A DNA stretch of 64,000 bases from Eledone cirrhosa (GCA_964016885.1 OZ024758.1:3162001-3226000); one strand, 5' to 3'. Positions 43,134 to 59,183 are shown, counted from the first letter of the stretch. Notes: generated from the letters alone by a model not told the origin. Made by a program: numbers and translations.

Positions 43134-45557
43134 AAAAAGATGAAATCGAAAATGTAACTGGAGTATTTTTAAAATCACAAACACTCCATGTCAATTCTAC
43201 TTTTAAAAAACATAAGAACTGTGAAACCGGTAAAAGAAAAACAAATAAATATTCTTAAAATGACTAGTTGCATATTAAATTTCAACTGTTTACCTTATAC
43301 TTTCACTCGTGTAGGACATTTCGTTTTTTTTTTCATGTAAAAAAAACCCCTCATTTTCTGATATATATATATATATATATACATACATACATAAATACAT
43401 ACATGTGCGCGCCTCTATGGAAATGCAGTAACATTTAAAAATGCATTATTAGTGCAATACTACAGAAGGCAGAAATGCCTCTCCTCATGTAGTATATGAA
43501 ACAACGGATAGAAATAACAGAGATTTCAATTTAAATGTTGACAAAATAGAAACTACATCTGAAATATGATTACCATAATATTTCACTAAATATCACTCTT
43601 TTGTGCATTCATTGTTCTGTTTTCTATCAAGAGGACTGTTTTCAATGCGTTGATGCATATGCGTATGTATGTGTATATATACATATGCATTCATGTATTT
43701 GTATGAGTATATAAATATAAACGCGCAAACAGACACACTTAGTAAAATACACAATCACATACATACATTCACACAAATATATATATATATATATTTATTT
43801 TACACAAGCACCACACACATCTACACATACACACAGACATACACTAGCACAGCGTAGCAAATGGTACGCGCGCCAGTTTTTTTCTAAATCTTTTTCATCA
43901 TTCTCTTCCTTTTTACACACGCATACATTCACACGAACAAACAAACACACACACCCGGTGTGACGGACATATATACATACATATATATTCACACTCACAC
44001 GCACACATGTGGCGTCAGTATATGCGAATCTATATTTTCATTAGAATGTGTCTGTATTTATAATAACCGCTCTGTCTATATTTCTCTCTCAATTACCAAG
44101 TAATAAACATCCTTCGATAATTCTCAATTTCACATTACCTTGGTTTTAATACTGAATTACGGTTTTATTGCAGTATAATTTTAATGAGTTTAAATGTTTA
44201 AAATTATTCCATATTTTTCAAAATTTTCTAGGGAATAGATTACAATATTGAAACATATAAAACTTGCTCACAACACGACTAACAATAAAAACTAGCATCT
44301 CCTTATACAATTCGTCCCAACACAACAAGCAATAAAAACTATTATCCCCTTATACAATACATATGACTACATTCTCATTATAATCATTTTTTTTGTTAAA
44401 TATTCAATTTATATTTGAAACAGTCTGTAATTATATTGCATGCAGATTAATGCGTGTCTGCTTGTCATGTTTATATAAGTATTTGTCTGTAAGATAATGG
44501 AGTTATAAATTCCTTATAAACTATTTCTCGTCAACAGAAAACCTCGTTTTTTCCTAACTGTTATGCACATATCGGAATGTCACTGTAAACTTATGAACCA
44601 ATCTATCACAAATTATCTTTCTCCCTCTCTATATATATTTATCTATTTATATTTTCATATGCAATGATTCTACCTATATACCTGCATATTTCCTTACGAA
44701 ACTATAATCTAATTTGCTATATGCAAATATACTCAATATGCACTGAATGACACGAGCGTTCTTTGTGTAGTAAAAACAATAACTATTAATAACTGACTAG
44801 TTATGAGATTGTTTCTAGGATACTACCGGTTTCTCAAATACGTTTCGAGAAGCCAGTTGTATTGATGAATCTCCGTGGTATTCAAAACCTATTGATCATA
44901 AATATTGTTGTTATATATAGATAACCATCTCTCTCCCTCATATAAATATATATATATATTATATTATACTCTTACTACATCGATATATGATTACCTCATA
45001 TCTACTTAATTATTATTTTTCTGGAAGATTTTCATATGTTGTTTTCTTCCATGTATTGTGCGCATTCGAGTATAATGCGCTCTCATTGTTGATAAAAAAA
45101 GCTTTAAAAACAGACCATTTAGTGCAACTCCAAAACACAAGTGGGAATTGGAAAAGAGACTGCGCAGTATACACAGAATAATATGATAGTTCCAAAATTA
45201 TGAAGAAATGTTAACATATTCTTAGGGGATTTACTTGGCTTTGTATGTCATTTGATACAACAGTTTTGCGTTTATTGCACTTTAGCTCAGTACCAAACTG
45301 ATGAGTTCGATAGAGTTGATGTTCGCTAAGAAAGTCATTCCCGAGAGCTGCAAGTATTTGGAAGTATCTCTAGGGAAATTAATTATTGCGGTTAGGTATG
45401 AGTCACACCATACTCAACATCATCACAAACACTTTTAAGATATGTTTGACGGGGTAGGTAGGCTGCTATTTTAGAGTCAAGAGCGATGTAAAATTGTAAA
45501 AAGGATTCACATAGAAGATTACTAATATACCTGATATCTCTCGCTCTTTCTTTATAC

Positions 45558-45591
<34 letters not shown>

Positions 45592-45622
45592 TTATATATA
45601 TATATATATATTTATATATATT

Positions 45623-45653
<31 letters not shown>

Positions 45654-45672
45654 TTATATATATATATATATA

Positions 45673-45802
<130 letters not shown>

Positions 45803-45841
45803 GAGAGAGAGAGAGAGAAGTAGTGCCACAACAGTTGGACA

Positions 45842-46028
45842 ACAGTTGCTTCACCATACCGAGAACAAATGTTTCACCTTATCCGGATCCGAGCTGAAGA
45901 TCCGAATAAGGTGAAACATTTGTTCTCGGTATGGTGAACTAACTGTTGTGGAAGTAATTCTACCAAACTCGTCCCTTGGACTGAGTGCTCTACTACTACG
46001 GATATAACCCTCCGGTGTTCTACTATTA
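45842..46028 (+). mobile_element. Penelope-like foldback element family B copy 2
   Basis: Same hairpin and tail as 10574-10780, with a shorter loop. Confidence 0.7.
45889..45929 (+). ncRNA. Type I hammerhead ribozyme motif (family B)
   Basis: CCGAG-CUGAAGA-u-cc-gaauaa-gg-u-GAAAC-AUUU-GUU-CUCGG. Differs from the 10641 copy only in loop II. Confidence 0.65.
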
Positions 46029-46797
46029 TATATGTATATATATCGTGGGTACTGTGAATATACATGACAAATTGTCTTGAGGCATTTTCGTTGGTTGTGA
46101 GTATTATTTCCTTTTATAAACATTTTTTTTTTGTTCAGAGGAGGTGCGGGAATTTAGAAAAAAATCGTTTCTAATGACATTCGTGTAATATCTCTACTAT
46201 TTATTTAACATATTCTTTTAAATTCCTACTAAAGCCGCAACACACTTGAGATTTAAAACTTTCATGAAAGTGTCTTTTTTCCCCCAACATTTTCAGTTTT
46301 CTAACTCAATAAAACGTGTTCCAGACATATTTAATATGATTGATATTTTTTCTCTGATACAGACTGAATTATTAAACTTCATATCCATTATCCCGCAGGT
46401 GATGCTGTTTTTTGTTTAGTTTTGTTTTCATTAATACTTGCTCTCAATTTTATAATTATATTATTGTGAATATTAGGAAATTTGACTCCTACTGTTTCTC
46501 TGTTAGGTTAGTTGTAAGGTATGAACAAATATTTTGTATCCTATATTGAAAATGTATCCTGTTAGATATTTCTTGTTGTTTGATCCCGTATATTACACAC
46601 ATTCATAGAGACAAACAACCATGCACGCACAATGTCTCAACCACTCACACAATCATATATGATTTTAAGACAGGCATTATATCATTAAAACACCTCACGT
46701 CAGATCATTTAACTACCAGTAATCAGACACTCCTTCACTGATACCGGTCTAGTCTTGTCCAATATAGAGAACAACGCATCATTTTGAATACTCTTCC

Positions 46798-46861
<64 letters not shown>

Positions 46862-47029
46862 TTACACAAAGCTCTGGCCAAAGACTGTAATTAATTCTGG
46901 CTAACTTTAATATTGAGCATACGGAAAGCAAAGGTCACAAACGACGGTAAGGTAGATATGAGGAAAGCTACTAATAATTAGTTCGCTTGTATAAACCTTA
47001 ATTTTCCACAAGACATGCTAAAAACCAGG

Positions 47030-47575
47030 AGCTGATTCTGAATTCAAATCTTGTCGAAGTTATGTATGCCTTTGATCCTTACAAGGTCGATAAAATAAGG
47101 TACCAGTCAGGCACTGGCATCGATCTAATCGAGTTTCCCCTCCACCCAAAAATTGATGCCCTTATACCAAATATATAATTCATTATTTCACAAGGGCGGT
47201 GAATTGGCAGTATCGATAGAGGGTCGGTCGCCATGCTTTGACGCATAGAGTTACGGCCCTTGCCATTCTGAGTTCAAATCCCGCCGAAGTTAACTTTGCC
47301 TTTCATCCTTACGGGGTCGATAAAATAAAGTACCAGTAATACACTGAATAATTGCTGGCCTTGTACCAAAAGTAGAAACAATTATTCCACTATGTAATAA
47401 TCGTTTCCACTTTTGGCATACTTCTAGCAATTATCCCAGTGCACTGGCACTTTATTTTATAGACTCTGTAGGGTGAAAGGCAAAGTTAAACTCCGCGAGA
47501 TTTGAACTTAGACCGCAAAGGGGCCATAACTTTAATCTCCAAAACATGGCGTCCGACCCTCTACCGTTACTGCCG
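47030..47575. mobile_element. MetaSINE cluster: two + copies followed by one - copy (tail-to-tail)
   Basis: Family cores at ~47040-47110 (+), ~47270-47345 (+) and ~47440-47510 (-). Confidence 0.85.
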
Positions 47576-49073
47576 ATACATAACCATATTACAATATGCA
47601 ATAATATCACGTCATGTACTTACAAACATTTAAAAAAAATGAAAATGTAATATATTTGTACTTGAACATTCTCTCATTGGGTTGAATTATGTTGTATACC
47701 TTCATTGAGAGTTATCGATAAAATCTGATGTAAGCATAAATGAGAAGCCATTTTCGCTACAACGTATGTAAATCATTGACCACAGAATCTATTTCTATAC
47801 ATACATACTTCAGTGTTTTATAAATATATCAATAAAAAATTTTAGAATATAATCAAGTGAAATATTCAAACTCATCTATTGATATTTATTTCCATATGTA
47901 CAACGTTTGTTTGTTTTTAGTGGATTTTATTATGAATATAGAATTACTTAATATCGTAGACATGCCTGTATATGTCACACACAGGTTTCTTTTCTAATGC
48001 AGTTCTTTGCAAACTACTTGACAAGGCAGGAATTGTACACTGTTCGGGAATTAATCAGCAAATATTTTCCTAGATTTATGTATAAATTGAAAATCTTATA
48101 TCCTTTATGGGAATTTATATATATTGATGGTAATTATAGGAATAGCATACTTGAATTTCAAAGACATGTTATATTTTGTTTAAGCACACAAACTGCATTC
48201 TGCATTATATGAAAGTATATTATATGTAAAAAACTATAATTTCCTGTTTCTCAGCGTGGAAAATACATATAATTGTTAACTTACATGAGTTGAGTATTGC
48301 TGGCATATATATGATTGCTGTAATTTAACTATAGTTAGAGAAAAAATAAATAACTCGCACACGATCAATTTAGAGACAAAGCTTTAAACTAATAAAAACT
48401 AATAAACATGTAACAAAAGCTATGACTACAGTATATATTACATATACTAACGCAAGAAATACATTTGAGAGTTTTAGTAGACTGTGGTTTTCGTTACAAT
48501 GTAATGCCTGCAATATTTAGTTTGCTTAATAGAAAAGAGGGTTTTATAATGTTATAAAGTAAGAAACCATTCATTTTATTCGATTTAATTTTCTATTTAT
48601 TTCAGAAGCAAACTTGTAATTTCTGTGAATTGCTTTTACAAAGCTAACGTACACTCTAATTTAATATTCATTTCATAACTCTTTCTTTTTTATTTTACAA
48701 AAAATATATTTTCTAATTCTCTATTTATAAAATCATTCTTCTGCACTATTTTGGTGTGTTCTAAAGTAGGCTATTTCAAACTGAAATAACAGTCTCATGA
48801 ATTTAAAAAATTAAAATCATGCAAGTTATTAAAAATATATGTAGTAAATGTGAAATCATAACAAAGAGGTAATTTCATTGAAATGGAACTTATACCAGAC
48901 TATACGTAGATATTCTAGTTAATTAAATATGTAAGCCATTGAAATCTCTTAGCCGAATAAAGACGAAACACATCTAAGAAATGTAAGCACATATGCGTGC
49001 ACTATCACACACACACACCATCACACACACACACACACACTATCACACACACTATCACACACACACACACTAT

Positions 49074-49104
<31 letters not shown>

Positions 49105-49142
49105 TTTTTTTTCTTATGTAATAAAGAACATAAGGTAATTAT

Positions 49143-49203
49143 TTCATTTACCAGTGGTTTCTTGAAGGCAGATGTTGTGTCTGTCTTCAGTCGTCAGAAT
49201 GAA
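49143..49203 (-). ncRNA. Type I hammerhead ribozyme motif (family C)
   Basis: Minus strand: UUCAUU-CUGACGA-c-UGAAG-aCAGA-cacaaca-UCUGc-CUUCA-a-GAAACC-acu-GGUA-AAUGAA. Confidence 0.72.
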
Positions 49204-49662
49204 TAAATAACGATAGTGAACCTCCCAGAGGTGTTTTTTTTCTTGTTTTCTTTTAAATATGGATTTGAAAACAAAATTTAGGAAATATGAAACTGAGGCT
49301 GAAAAGAAAAACGGGCAAAAAGGAAATAGGGGAAAAAATATAAAAAATATATATAAAAAAAATAAATATCCAGAACATAAACATACACACACTCAACTAC
49401 GCGCATATACGTAATAGTACGTAGACGTATACTTTCTCACATAAGCGTATTTGCGTCTACATAGAAATACGAACAGGAACATAAATACATACACATACAT
49501 ATACACATATATATGCATAAAATATGTAGACACAAATATGCACGCATACATGTAAAAAGTGGGTGTACACACATATAAACAAACATACATACAGACACAA
49601 AAACGCAAAAAACAAAAAGCTCTATAACTACGCAATATTTAATAAATACACCATGTCATTTA

Positions 49663-49723
49663 TTCATTCTGACGACTGAAGAGAGACACAATATCTGCCT
49701 TCAAGAAACCATTGGTAAATGAA
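49663..49723 (+). ncRNA. Type I hammerhead ribozyme motif (family C)
   Basis: TTCATT (49663-68), CTGACGA (49669-75), stem II TGAAG/CTTCA, GAAACC-att-GGTA (cleavage after 49717), AATGAA (49718-23). Confidence 0.72.
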
Positions 49724-49823
49724 ATAATTATCTTATGTTGTTTATTACATAATTAATAAGCTCTGTAGCCTACATAGCGCCCTCTTTTTTCCTGTACCTT
49801 TCCGACGGAAATACTTCATTCCC

Positions 49824-50634
<811 letters not shown>

Positions 50635-50879
50635 ATGTGATAGTGTATTTAAAAAAAAGAAAAATATAAACGACATACAAATCGATGGAAAGGAGAGCGA
50701 AATAAAAATGGTGGAGAGAGAGAGAGAGGGGGGGGGGAGAACAAAGGTATAAACTGGGTTTATATTGAGGTGCCATAAGAAGAACATACAGAAAAATATG
50801 GTCTAAAACGAACATCTCAAAGAATCAGTTCTCCTAGCACAAATAACACGACGTGGAAATCTGAGAGCAACAAAGAAAA

Positions 50880-51190
50880 CACCTGCCAATTACGGCATTG
50901 CTCATTGATAAAAACCACCATGACTGCTATCAAGAACCACAGCAATAACCTCAACAGAAACGTGAAACCCACATGCCTAAGGAAACACGTAGTGTATGGA
51001 CTCAACTGTGCGTGTTCGAAAATGCTACATCGGTTCCACAAAGCGGCAGCTACACCACGGAGATAAGGAATACTTTGAGTATTCAAACAGGAATGCAGAA
51101 GAAATATAATTTTGAAGGTACAGGCAGAGCAAGCAGGCGCCATCAAAATCCGAATAAAGAAAGCGATATTTCATTAGGGAGAACAGTTTG
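50880..51190 (+). pseudogene. Decayed Penelope-like GIY-YIG endonuclease fragment
   Basis: Across a frameshift it reads TCLRKHVVYGLNCACSK / CYIGSTKRQLH, later IKIRIKKAIF. This matches the PLE GIY-YIG pattern C....VVY...C..C...YIG.T.R.L...R.I.EA..I. Confidence 0.75.
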
Positions 51191-51417
51191 AGTGCCCTGG
51201 GCACATGGACAAATCTGTACATCTTCAATGTGCAATGATGATATATATATATATATATATATGTATATGTATATGTATATGTGTGTGTGTGTATACACAT
51301 ATGTAAATATGTATGTGAGTGTGTGTATATATATACACATATGTACACACACACACACATACATATGTATACACACACATATATGAACATATATATATGT
51401 GTGTGTGGGGGTGTGTG

Positions 51418-51454
<37 letters not shown>

Positions 51455-52599
51455 GTAGTACGTGATTGCGTGCTACCGAGGTATGTCTCCGTTTCTTGAA
51501 ATACACTCGAAAAGGAAAAGCAACACACTCCATGGACATATTTCAATTGGTGTAAACTCATTCACTGAATATATGTCGTTATAATACATACTCAACAACT
51601 GGTGTTCATTCAATCACTAAAACCTTTGAAATAAATTCTTCATTATGGCCGCTGTCCAGTTTAGTAGAAACAGTAAAAAGAATAATAGAATACAGTACTT
51701 TGAATTTACATTTACTAAAGAAGGCCTGAGGGGAGTTATACTCTCCCTTTTGTTTCAACTTCAAACTAGTTCTGAATGAAGACAATACATCCATTCTATG
51801 GAATTCAGATATCTGCAATCAAAGGTCTAAGTGCAAACTATTTACATATACTAAAATGAAAAATAAAAGCGAAAGATAATTTCTCATTTCCTACAAATTG
51901 TTAAAGGTTGTAACAGATCAAATACACTTATATATCCTTTTAACGTTTTACAACATAAAATATGTATATACTGCTATTTATCAATTCCCTTTCTTCTACT
52001 ATTTTCACGCGAAAAAATATGAGATGCATGATTTTATATTGCATTCTTCCGCGGGCTATCAGTAGATGCGCATAAAATCATAAGTAAATCTATTGATTGA
52101 AACATGAAAAGAAAATATTTCACACATATTTCGGACGCATACTTCATGCAGTAAGTAGAAAACAAGAAAAAAACACCTCTGGGAGGTTCACTATCGATAT
52201 TTACCATTGTCGATATTATAAATGAATGTAAGGAAAATGTGCAACGCTAGCTCGAAACGAATAAGTAAATTATATCTAACAGTATCTGCTGCATATCTTG
52301 AAACTATACATTGATTCATTATTCGGAGTCTAATGGAATTCTCTTCACACAATTTGTGCAAGAAAATCAGTGAAACGAACTTCTGAGAAAATCTCATTAC
52401 TGTTGTTTTCTATATTTTTCCCTATCTTACTTCATGTCTTCATGTTATCAAACATCTATATAGTTATCAAGGTACTCTATGTTATTGAATAATGGTATAC
52501 ATACATATATACATACTGCATACGTCCATATATCTATACATACTACACACATATATATATATATACACACACACATATATATATATACACACACACACA

Positions 52600-52642
<43 letters not shown>

Positions 52643-54711
52643 ATATATATATACATACAAAGGTCACATGTGTATGTATTCATGTAAGTATGATATACAT
52701 ATATATATATATATACAGACATATGAGTGTGTGTGTGTGTAGTATGTATGTATATATGTATATATATATATATATATTTGTGTGCGTGCGTGTGCGTGTG
52801 TGTGTATATATATATATGAATATATGTATACATCTTTGTATATATGTAGGTGTGTGTGTGTTGGTGTGTACTGCTGACTGTTTGTTCGTGTGTTTGTAAG
52901 AATATATATCCATATATTGATTGCAATTTATTTGTTTATTCATACGGTATCTATCTATGCTGTTTATTCTCTATGATTCAGTAAATTTGAATTCTCCGAT
53001 AGAAACTATCAGTTTAATATAATAATTACACAGTCCAATACTCTTTGTACAAGGTTTCCCTATAGATGGCTATCGATACAAACTATAATAAATGCTCATA
53101 ACACGAGCAATCTTGAACAAAAAATCAAAACAAGTTAATTGTATTCGTTCAAATTTATATGAATGTATAAGTAATTGTAGCACCAATTTCTAATGAGTTT
53201 TTTTTCCCCAATCCTGTATTTTATATTCTTTCATTATATCCATATTATGATACATTTTGTAGGAGAAAAGAAATAATTTAAATAACCATTAATAATTATA
53301 TCCGTAGACAAAGTGAAACATATGAATATTAAATTCATGAGGGATAGATATACATAAAATATATTTTATGAGTTTCAACGAGTACAACTGTTATATAAAT
53401 TTTATATAATTGTTTGGCTAGAGAATTAAGGGCATTTAGAGGGTAATGTCAGTGAAAATGTATGTATGTGGCTGGGGATAATGAAAGGATGAATAATTGA
53501 GCGAAATTTCCATTGGGCGCAGAGAATGCCATCTATTTCATCCTTCGGTATTTTATGATATTAAAAGGCGTGTAATACTGCATTTGTGAATATCGTAATC
53601 AATTCAGCATCATCACTACTACAATGACATAAGTATTGAGAATGTGGGATAATGCTCTTTGAGTTACAGAATCAAAGAATCATGTAGCCTCTGCGTTGAG
53701 GTGATGGAATAGAGAGAGCGGTACAGCGGAGGATACCGAGGCAGTCTCGTTGAAATAGCCATTCCAACTCAAGGGTCGCACTAAGGATATCTGGCGAACA
53801 TCGTCCCGGTAGCAGCTGGTTCCGGCATCCTGAATACCAATAGTCTCTAAATTTCGGGATTCAGCGTCACACCTAAATAGATTCGAACGCTACATCAACA
53901 ACTTGTCTACTTCTTTTCTGTTAACGAAGCCTTTGCCTATCGCCGAATACATAACGTGTTCCAGATTAGGGATTCACCACGTAGGATCGGGAATATTGTG
54001 ACACCATCTAGAAATTTCTCTTCCCTCAATTTACTCCATGAGGTTGAGATAGTGCAGGGCTTGAGAGGCAAGCGACGTTGGAACGGCAAGAATGACGATG
54101 AAGGATTAAATTCTATGTCACGAATCCAGATTTATTTATTCATAAAGACATATTTCAGAGAGAGACAGTATATATGATAAAACTATTACAGCGAGAATTA
54201 TTGATAGTGCTTATACAAAATAAGCTACAGAATTAGTAGATGCTATAACTATTATTAGACTAACAGATATTTAAACCTGTTGCCATTACTTCTCAAAGCT
54301 CGATCACAAAACTGCTTTCCTCATCAACAACATATTCGATTCTTTTAAAGGCATTACACAAATTGTGGTGACAAATAATATTTAAATATAAGAATCAGCA
54401 TAAGTGAAATATGATATGTATCATGGAGTAATGGAGTAGTTCAGATATTAACCCATGATAATGCTTTATTAATGTTACAAACTGGATTTATATAGAGTTG
54501 ATAATCGCAAATACCTGAATATAATAGAATTCCAGGGCTCTTTAATATATATACTACCTCAGATTATTTCATTAAACATGGATTGGTGCTAAATATGGTG
54601 GGAATTAATAGTAGAGAATAATCAATGCATTAATACATTTCTATAAAACGAAAACTCACGTTTTGTTTATAATTATGTAATCCTATATATTTCTATTTTC
54701 ATATTTTCATA

Positions 54712-55135
54712 ACAATTGTTTCTGCATTTATCACAAGGCCAGCAATTACCCCAGTGCGTTGCTGGTGCTTTATGTTATCGACCCCTGTAAGGATGAATGG
54801 CAAAGTTAATCTCGGTGGGATTTGAACTCAGAATAAAAGGGCCATAACTCTATGATGCAAAGCATGGTGCCTGGCGCTCTACCGATACTGCCAATCCACC
54901 GCCCTATAAGTTTTCAGATATAATAATGGTTTCTTCTATAGGCACAAGGCCAGTAATTTGGGGGGAGGGGAAATTCAATTTAATCTACCCCAGTGCATTA
55001 CTGGTATTTTATTTTACCGAAGCCGTAAGGATAAAAGGCTAAGTTAACCTCGGCGGTATTTGAACTCAGATCATAAAGGGGCGTAACTCTATCCTGCAAA
55101 GCATGGTGTTCAACTCTCTACCGATCCTACCAATG
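54712..55135 (-). mobile_element. Two tandem MetaSINE copies
   Basis: Two reverse-strand copies with head, core and tail. Confidence 0.85.
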
Positions 55136-55149
55136 AATTTTCATATATA

Positions 55150-55320
55150 ATAATGATAGGCGAAGAATTTGTGGAGTCATTAAAACGTCGTATAGAATAC
55201 ATAGCGGTGTTTGTCGCGACTCCTTGCTCCCTTAAAATCCAGTTGAGGTCAATTTTGCTTTCATCCATTCGAGGTCGATAGGAAAATACCAGTCTAGTAC
55301 TTGTGTCAATTTGTCCTCTA
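55150..55320 (+). mobile_element. Older MetaSINE variant
   Basis: gaggtcaattttgctttcatccattcgaggtcgataggaaaataccag. Confidence 0.6.
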
Positions 55321-57310
55321 TATGCATTTTTCAGTTCCATTCTATTATTCTCCAGAGCTAATTGCTCTATTCAGACCTGGAGAAGAATGGTAAACGTTAT
55401 GTTTCAAATATGCTCTGGAAATACCCTAGTTTAATACGGCGCTACTACGAGTTACTCGAACATACATGAATATAATAAGGAATCGGAAACCGAAATTTGT
55501 TCTATTGTATTCTATTTCGCAATAGTTTAGGATAAGCACAGTACACGAACACAATGAATCTATATATACATTTGTACAGCTTCCGTCCGTCCGTCACACT
55601 ATGATTATGTGTGTTTGTGTGAATGTATAGTGGATGGTAAAAAATATATACGAAAACAATCTATGGCGTATCATTTGCTACGCCGTGTGTGTGTCTGTAT
55701 GTTGGTATATATATATATCTGTGTGTTTGTGTGAAGTATGTGTATTTATGTGAGTGTATGACGTTGAGTGTATTTTTGTGTGTCTCTGTTCGCGCGTTTA
55801 TAGTTATATACTCATACATATAAATGTAGGCATATACAGATACACACATGCACTCATATATACACACATACACGTCAGCGTGTAGGAACAAATTCTGGTG
55901 AAGTAAAATTGACTGAACGCTGCGAAAAGTTACTTTGTTTATCAGAAATAATTGTTTCAGTTTGAAAAACAGGTGGAGTTTGACAGGGCTGAAAGAAGAA
56001 TTGTTAAACTGTATAAAGTTAGGCATGTAATATCGATCAATTCTTTGTTCAAAGAAATCTGATCTACATGCAATAGGGATGAACAATATAAATGCAGTAT
56101 TATTGATTATTACTGACATCGTGGGAATTTGATCTTCTCTAATCTTAAATCATTGCCAGCAGTCTTTTCAAATTAACCTACGGCGGTTTCTATCTAAATT
56201 CTTCACTAAGGTATTGAAATTCCCATATGAAACAAAGCATGAAACGAACACAATGGTGTTGCAGTAATGGAAGCACTAATACGAGTGCAATAATCTCAAG
56301 CGTGCAATTGGTTTCAAATTTAGTACTTATCATATGCTATTTGCAGTTATATATTGTGCGTACGTGTCAGAAAATATTTATGATGGATACTGTATGCAGG
56401 TTTAGTATATAGATGAAACATTTTACGAGAACAATCAAATTCAGCTCCCATTGCTCATATTCAGGGACACCATTTCTAGAGAATTAGCAAGTTCAGATCC
56501 AAGTTATTCGATTCAAGAAAGAGGTTAGATTTTAATGGTCTATAATTCATTTGTTTTATGTATATAATATATTTGAGAAAAGAAAATGTTCAGTATAATT
56601 TAATACAATCTCACATATAGCCGGCGAATGATATCTAAGGATAAATTACATTTGTGTTAGGATGCGTACATAATGCCCCCAGAGCTATGACATATATTAC
56701 ATTCATATGTACTTTATAAAGAATCAATTTAAATGAATATATAAATATTATGCATGTTATAGATATATAAGTTTCGAGTTTCACAATATGTTTTCTAGCA
56801 GAAGCTATAATAATATTATCAATATGCATATTGATATTCACAATTGTTTACCGGCGTTACTAATTTTTAACTACTTAAATATTTCACACACAATGTATTC
56901 TCCAAATCTCATTCGTATTATTTACTGTTAAATTTATACGGCTCATTGTCCTAATTTAAACTTTGATAACAGACGATATATCATCAATAATGTATTTATA
57001 TAAACAAGCTCGTGGTTATTAGTAACATAATGCCTCTTTGCTTATATTTATCAGTCATAAACATCGGTTGTCTCGAATACACCAAGCCAGAAAATACAAA
57101 TTAATGAGACCAATCGCTGTGTGTGCAATAGCAGCCCAATCTCCTTCGTATCCTCAAAACATTTCATCATAATCCGTGACACACAGGTTCTATAATTCAT
57201 TATCTGGTGGAGCATCTTAACTATAATAAAGAAAGGAGTGCGAGACTACGTCCGGAATATATTATTTTATGCCGTTTGTAAAATAAGTTGGATTACTTTG
57301 AATAAATAAT

Positions 57311-57498
57311 TGTGTCTACTTTTGGCACAAGGCCAGCAAATTAACCAGTGCATCACTGGTACTTTATTTTATCGACCCTGTAAGGATGAAAAGCAAATTT
57401 AACCTTGGCGGGATTTTAATTCAGAATCAAAAGGGCCGAAACTCTATGAGTCAAGGGACAGCCGCCGACCCTCTACCGATACTGCCAATCCACCGCCA
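57311..57498 (-). mobile_element. Full-length MetaSINE with 17-bp TSD
   Basis: tactttgaataaataat at 57294-57310 and 57499-57515. Confidence 0.88.
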
Positions 57499-59183
57499 TA
57501 CTTTGAATAAATAATGAATGAATATTACATAATTTATGTTGTAAATTTCGTAACTTTTGATTAAAAATATTTTATTTCTTTCGCCAAAAAGAAGTGACAT
57601 AGTCACTGCTTTAAAACTGATAGTGTATGGCCTCTAAATATTGTTAATTAATTAGGGTATATTGCCAAATATACTATACATTCATATATATATATATATA
57701 TATATTACAGTGTCCGGTTTTCATTGGTTGTATTCTTACACGCTGTGGTTCACTTCACTAATTGTAGTCGTGATCGTCTTCTAACAGTTTGGCAGTTTTA
57801 TGTACCATATGCTCTTCCTGGACATGTTCATCTTGATTGTATATTCCCATCCTCGCGTTTGATAATATACATTGGATAGTCATTGTAAATAATGTTTCTT
57901 TGGATATATTTTGCGCTACCTTAGCTGCATCCCTGAGAACATGTTCAGTGTATTTAGACAGCCCCAGCTCAAAATGAAGTAAGATGGGCATGTTATAGAT
58001 ATACACCCAGAAAGAGACACTAATGTAAGTATTATATATTTGCTATGTCATACATTAATTTTGTGTAGATACTACCAAAGACCATACACCAGCTCCAAAC
58101 ACAAAGGAACCAAACTCCCACTGCCACTGCCTATATTTGATATTTTGCAATAATTATACATTATGAAATCCCTTATTGGCCATATATGTAGTGTACCTGT
58201 CGGACATATCAACTGTGACCATTATAATCAGAATACGTATGACAATTTATAAAATACCTTACTTTCTAATAATGTCACAATATCAAGTGTCTGTATTTTG
58301 AGTTCTAATACTTTGTTGAAGAATCATTCAACTTAGGCTTAATATGACACCATGATATGCAGATGGATAGATGCAGTTGACATTATATTGGCATGCCAGT
58401 TAAAGAAATTTCATTTTGTCACGGTATCAGCTTCAAAGCTTTATGAATAAGAAATGTCTACTTAACTATAAGTTCTTTTTCATGTGATGGCTGAGTGAAG
58501 CAAATGTAGGAACGCCATAAAAAGGAAGTAAATGGCTACAACAGCTTAACATAAATATGCAACCATTATAAGCCTATGTGCGTGTGTTCACATACGTTCT
58601 ATTGGATAGCCTCATTGGTTAACCGTGACATGTATATGTAACATGCAGTAAACTCTTTGTGTAAATACAATGTCCTGTATAATACATGTATACAACTCCG
58701 GGGAATGGAGACGCGTTCGTCACGCGCTTTCAAGTTCCAGTTTATATGAATCACAATGAACGTCAGTAAAACTGACATATGATATCTGCTGACCACCAAA
58801 TGTGCATATATTCACGGATGACTGGTCAACTAGAATAACGTATGTTAACGTTACCTCTATATACAATTTACTACAGTTATTGAAAACTACGTTGCTTGTT
58901 AATGCAACAAAGTTTCACAAACATACATGCACGCCTACATAACATGTATATACAAACAAACATACATGCATACATATATATGTGTTTGCATGTGTCAGTG
59001 CATATCTATATTGGGGTGTGTGCATATAACTATAATGTTGTGTATATATGGATTTTGTTAAGTTAGGTATGAATATAAAAAGGTTACATGTTTATGTGTA
59101 TTAAATGAAATAAAGGGGAATTGTTCATAGGAACCACAACGGAATTCGTATAATTAACACACCCACATAAATATATATATATA

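Larger units (their letters stand above)
49113..49820. mobile_element. Penelope-like element remnant family C: inverted pLTR, spacer, pLTR plus tail
   Basis: 49113-49208 is the reverse complement of ~49658-49753. The tail ends directly in a long (TA)n array. Confidence 0.7.

Noticed and set aside
51606-51818. 70-aa ORF after a ttgcag acceptor on the minus strand
   Set aside because: No recognisable domain or partner exons.
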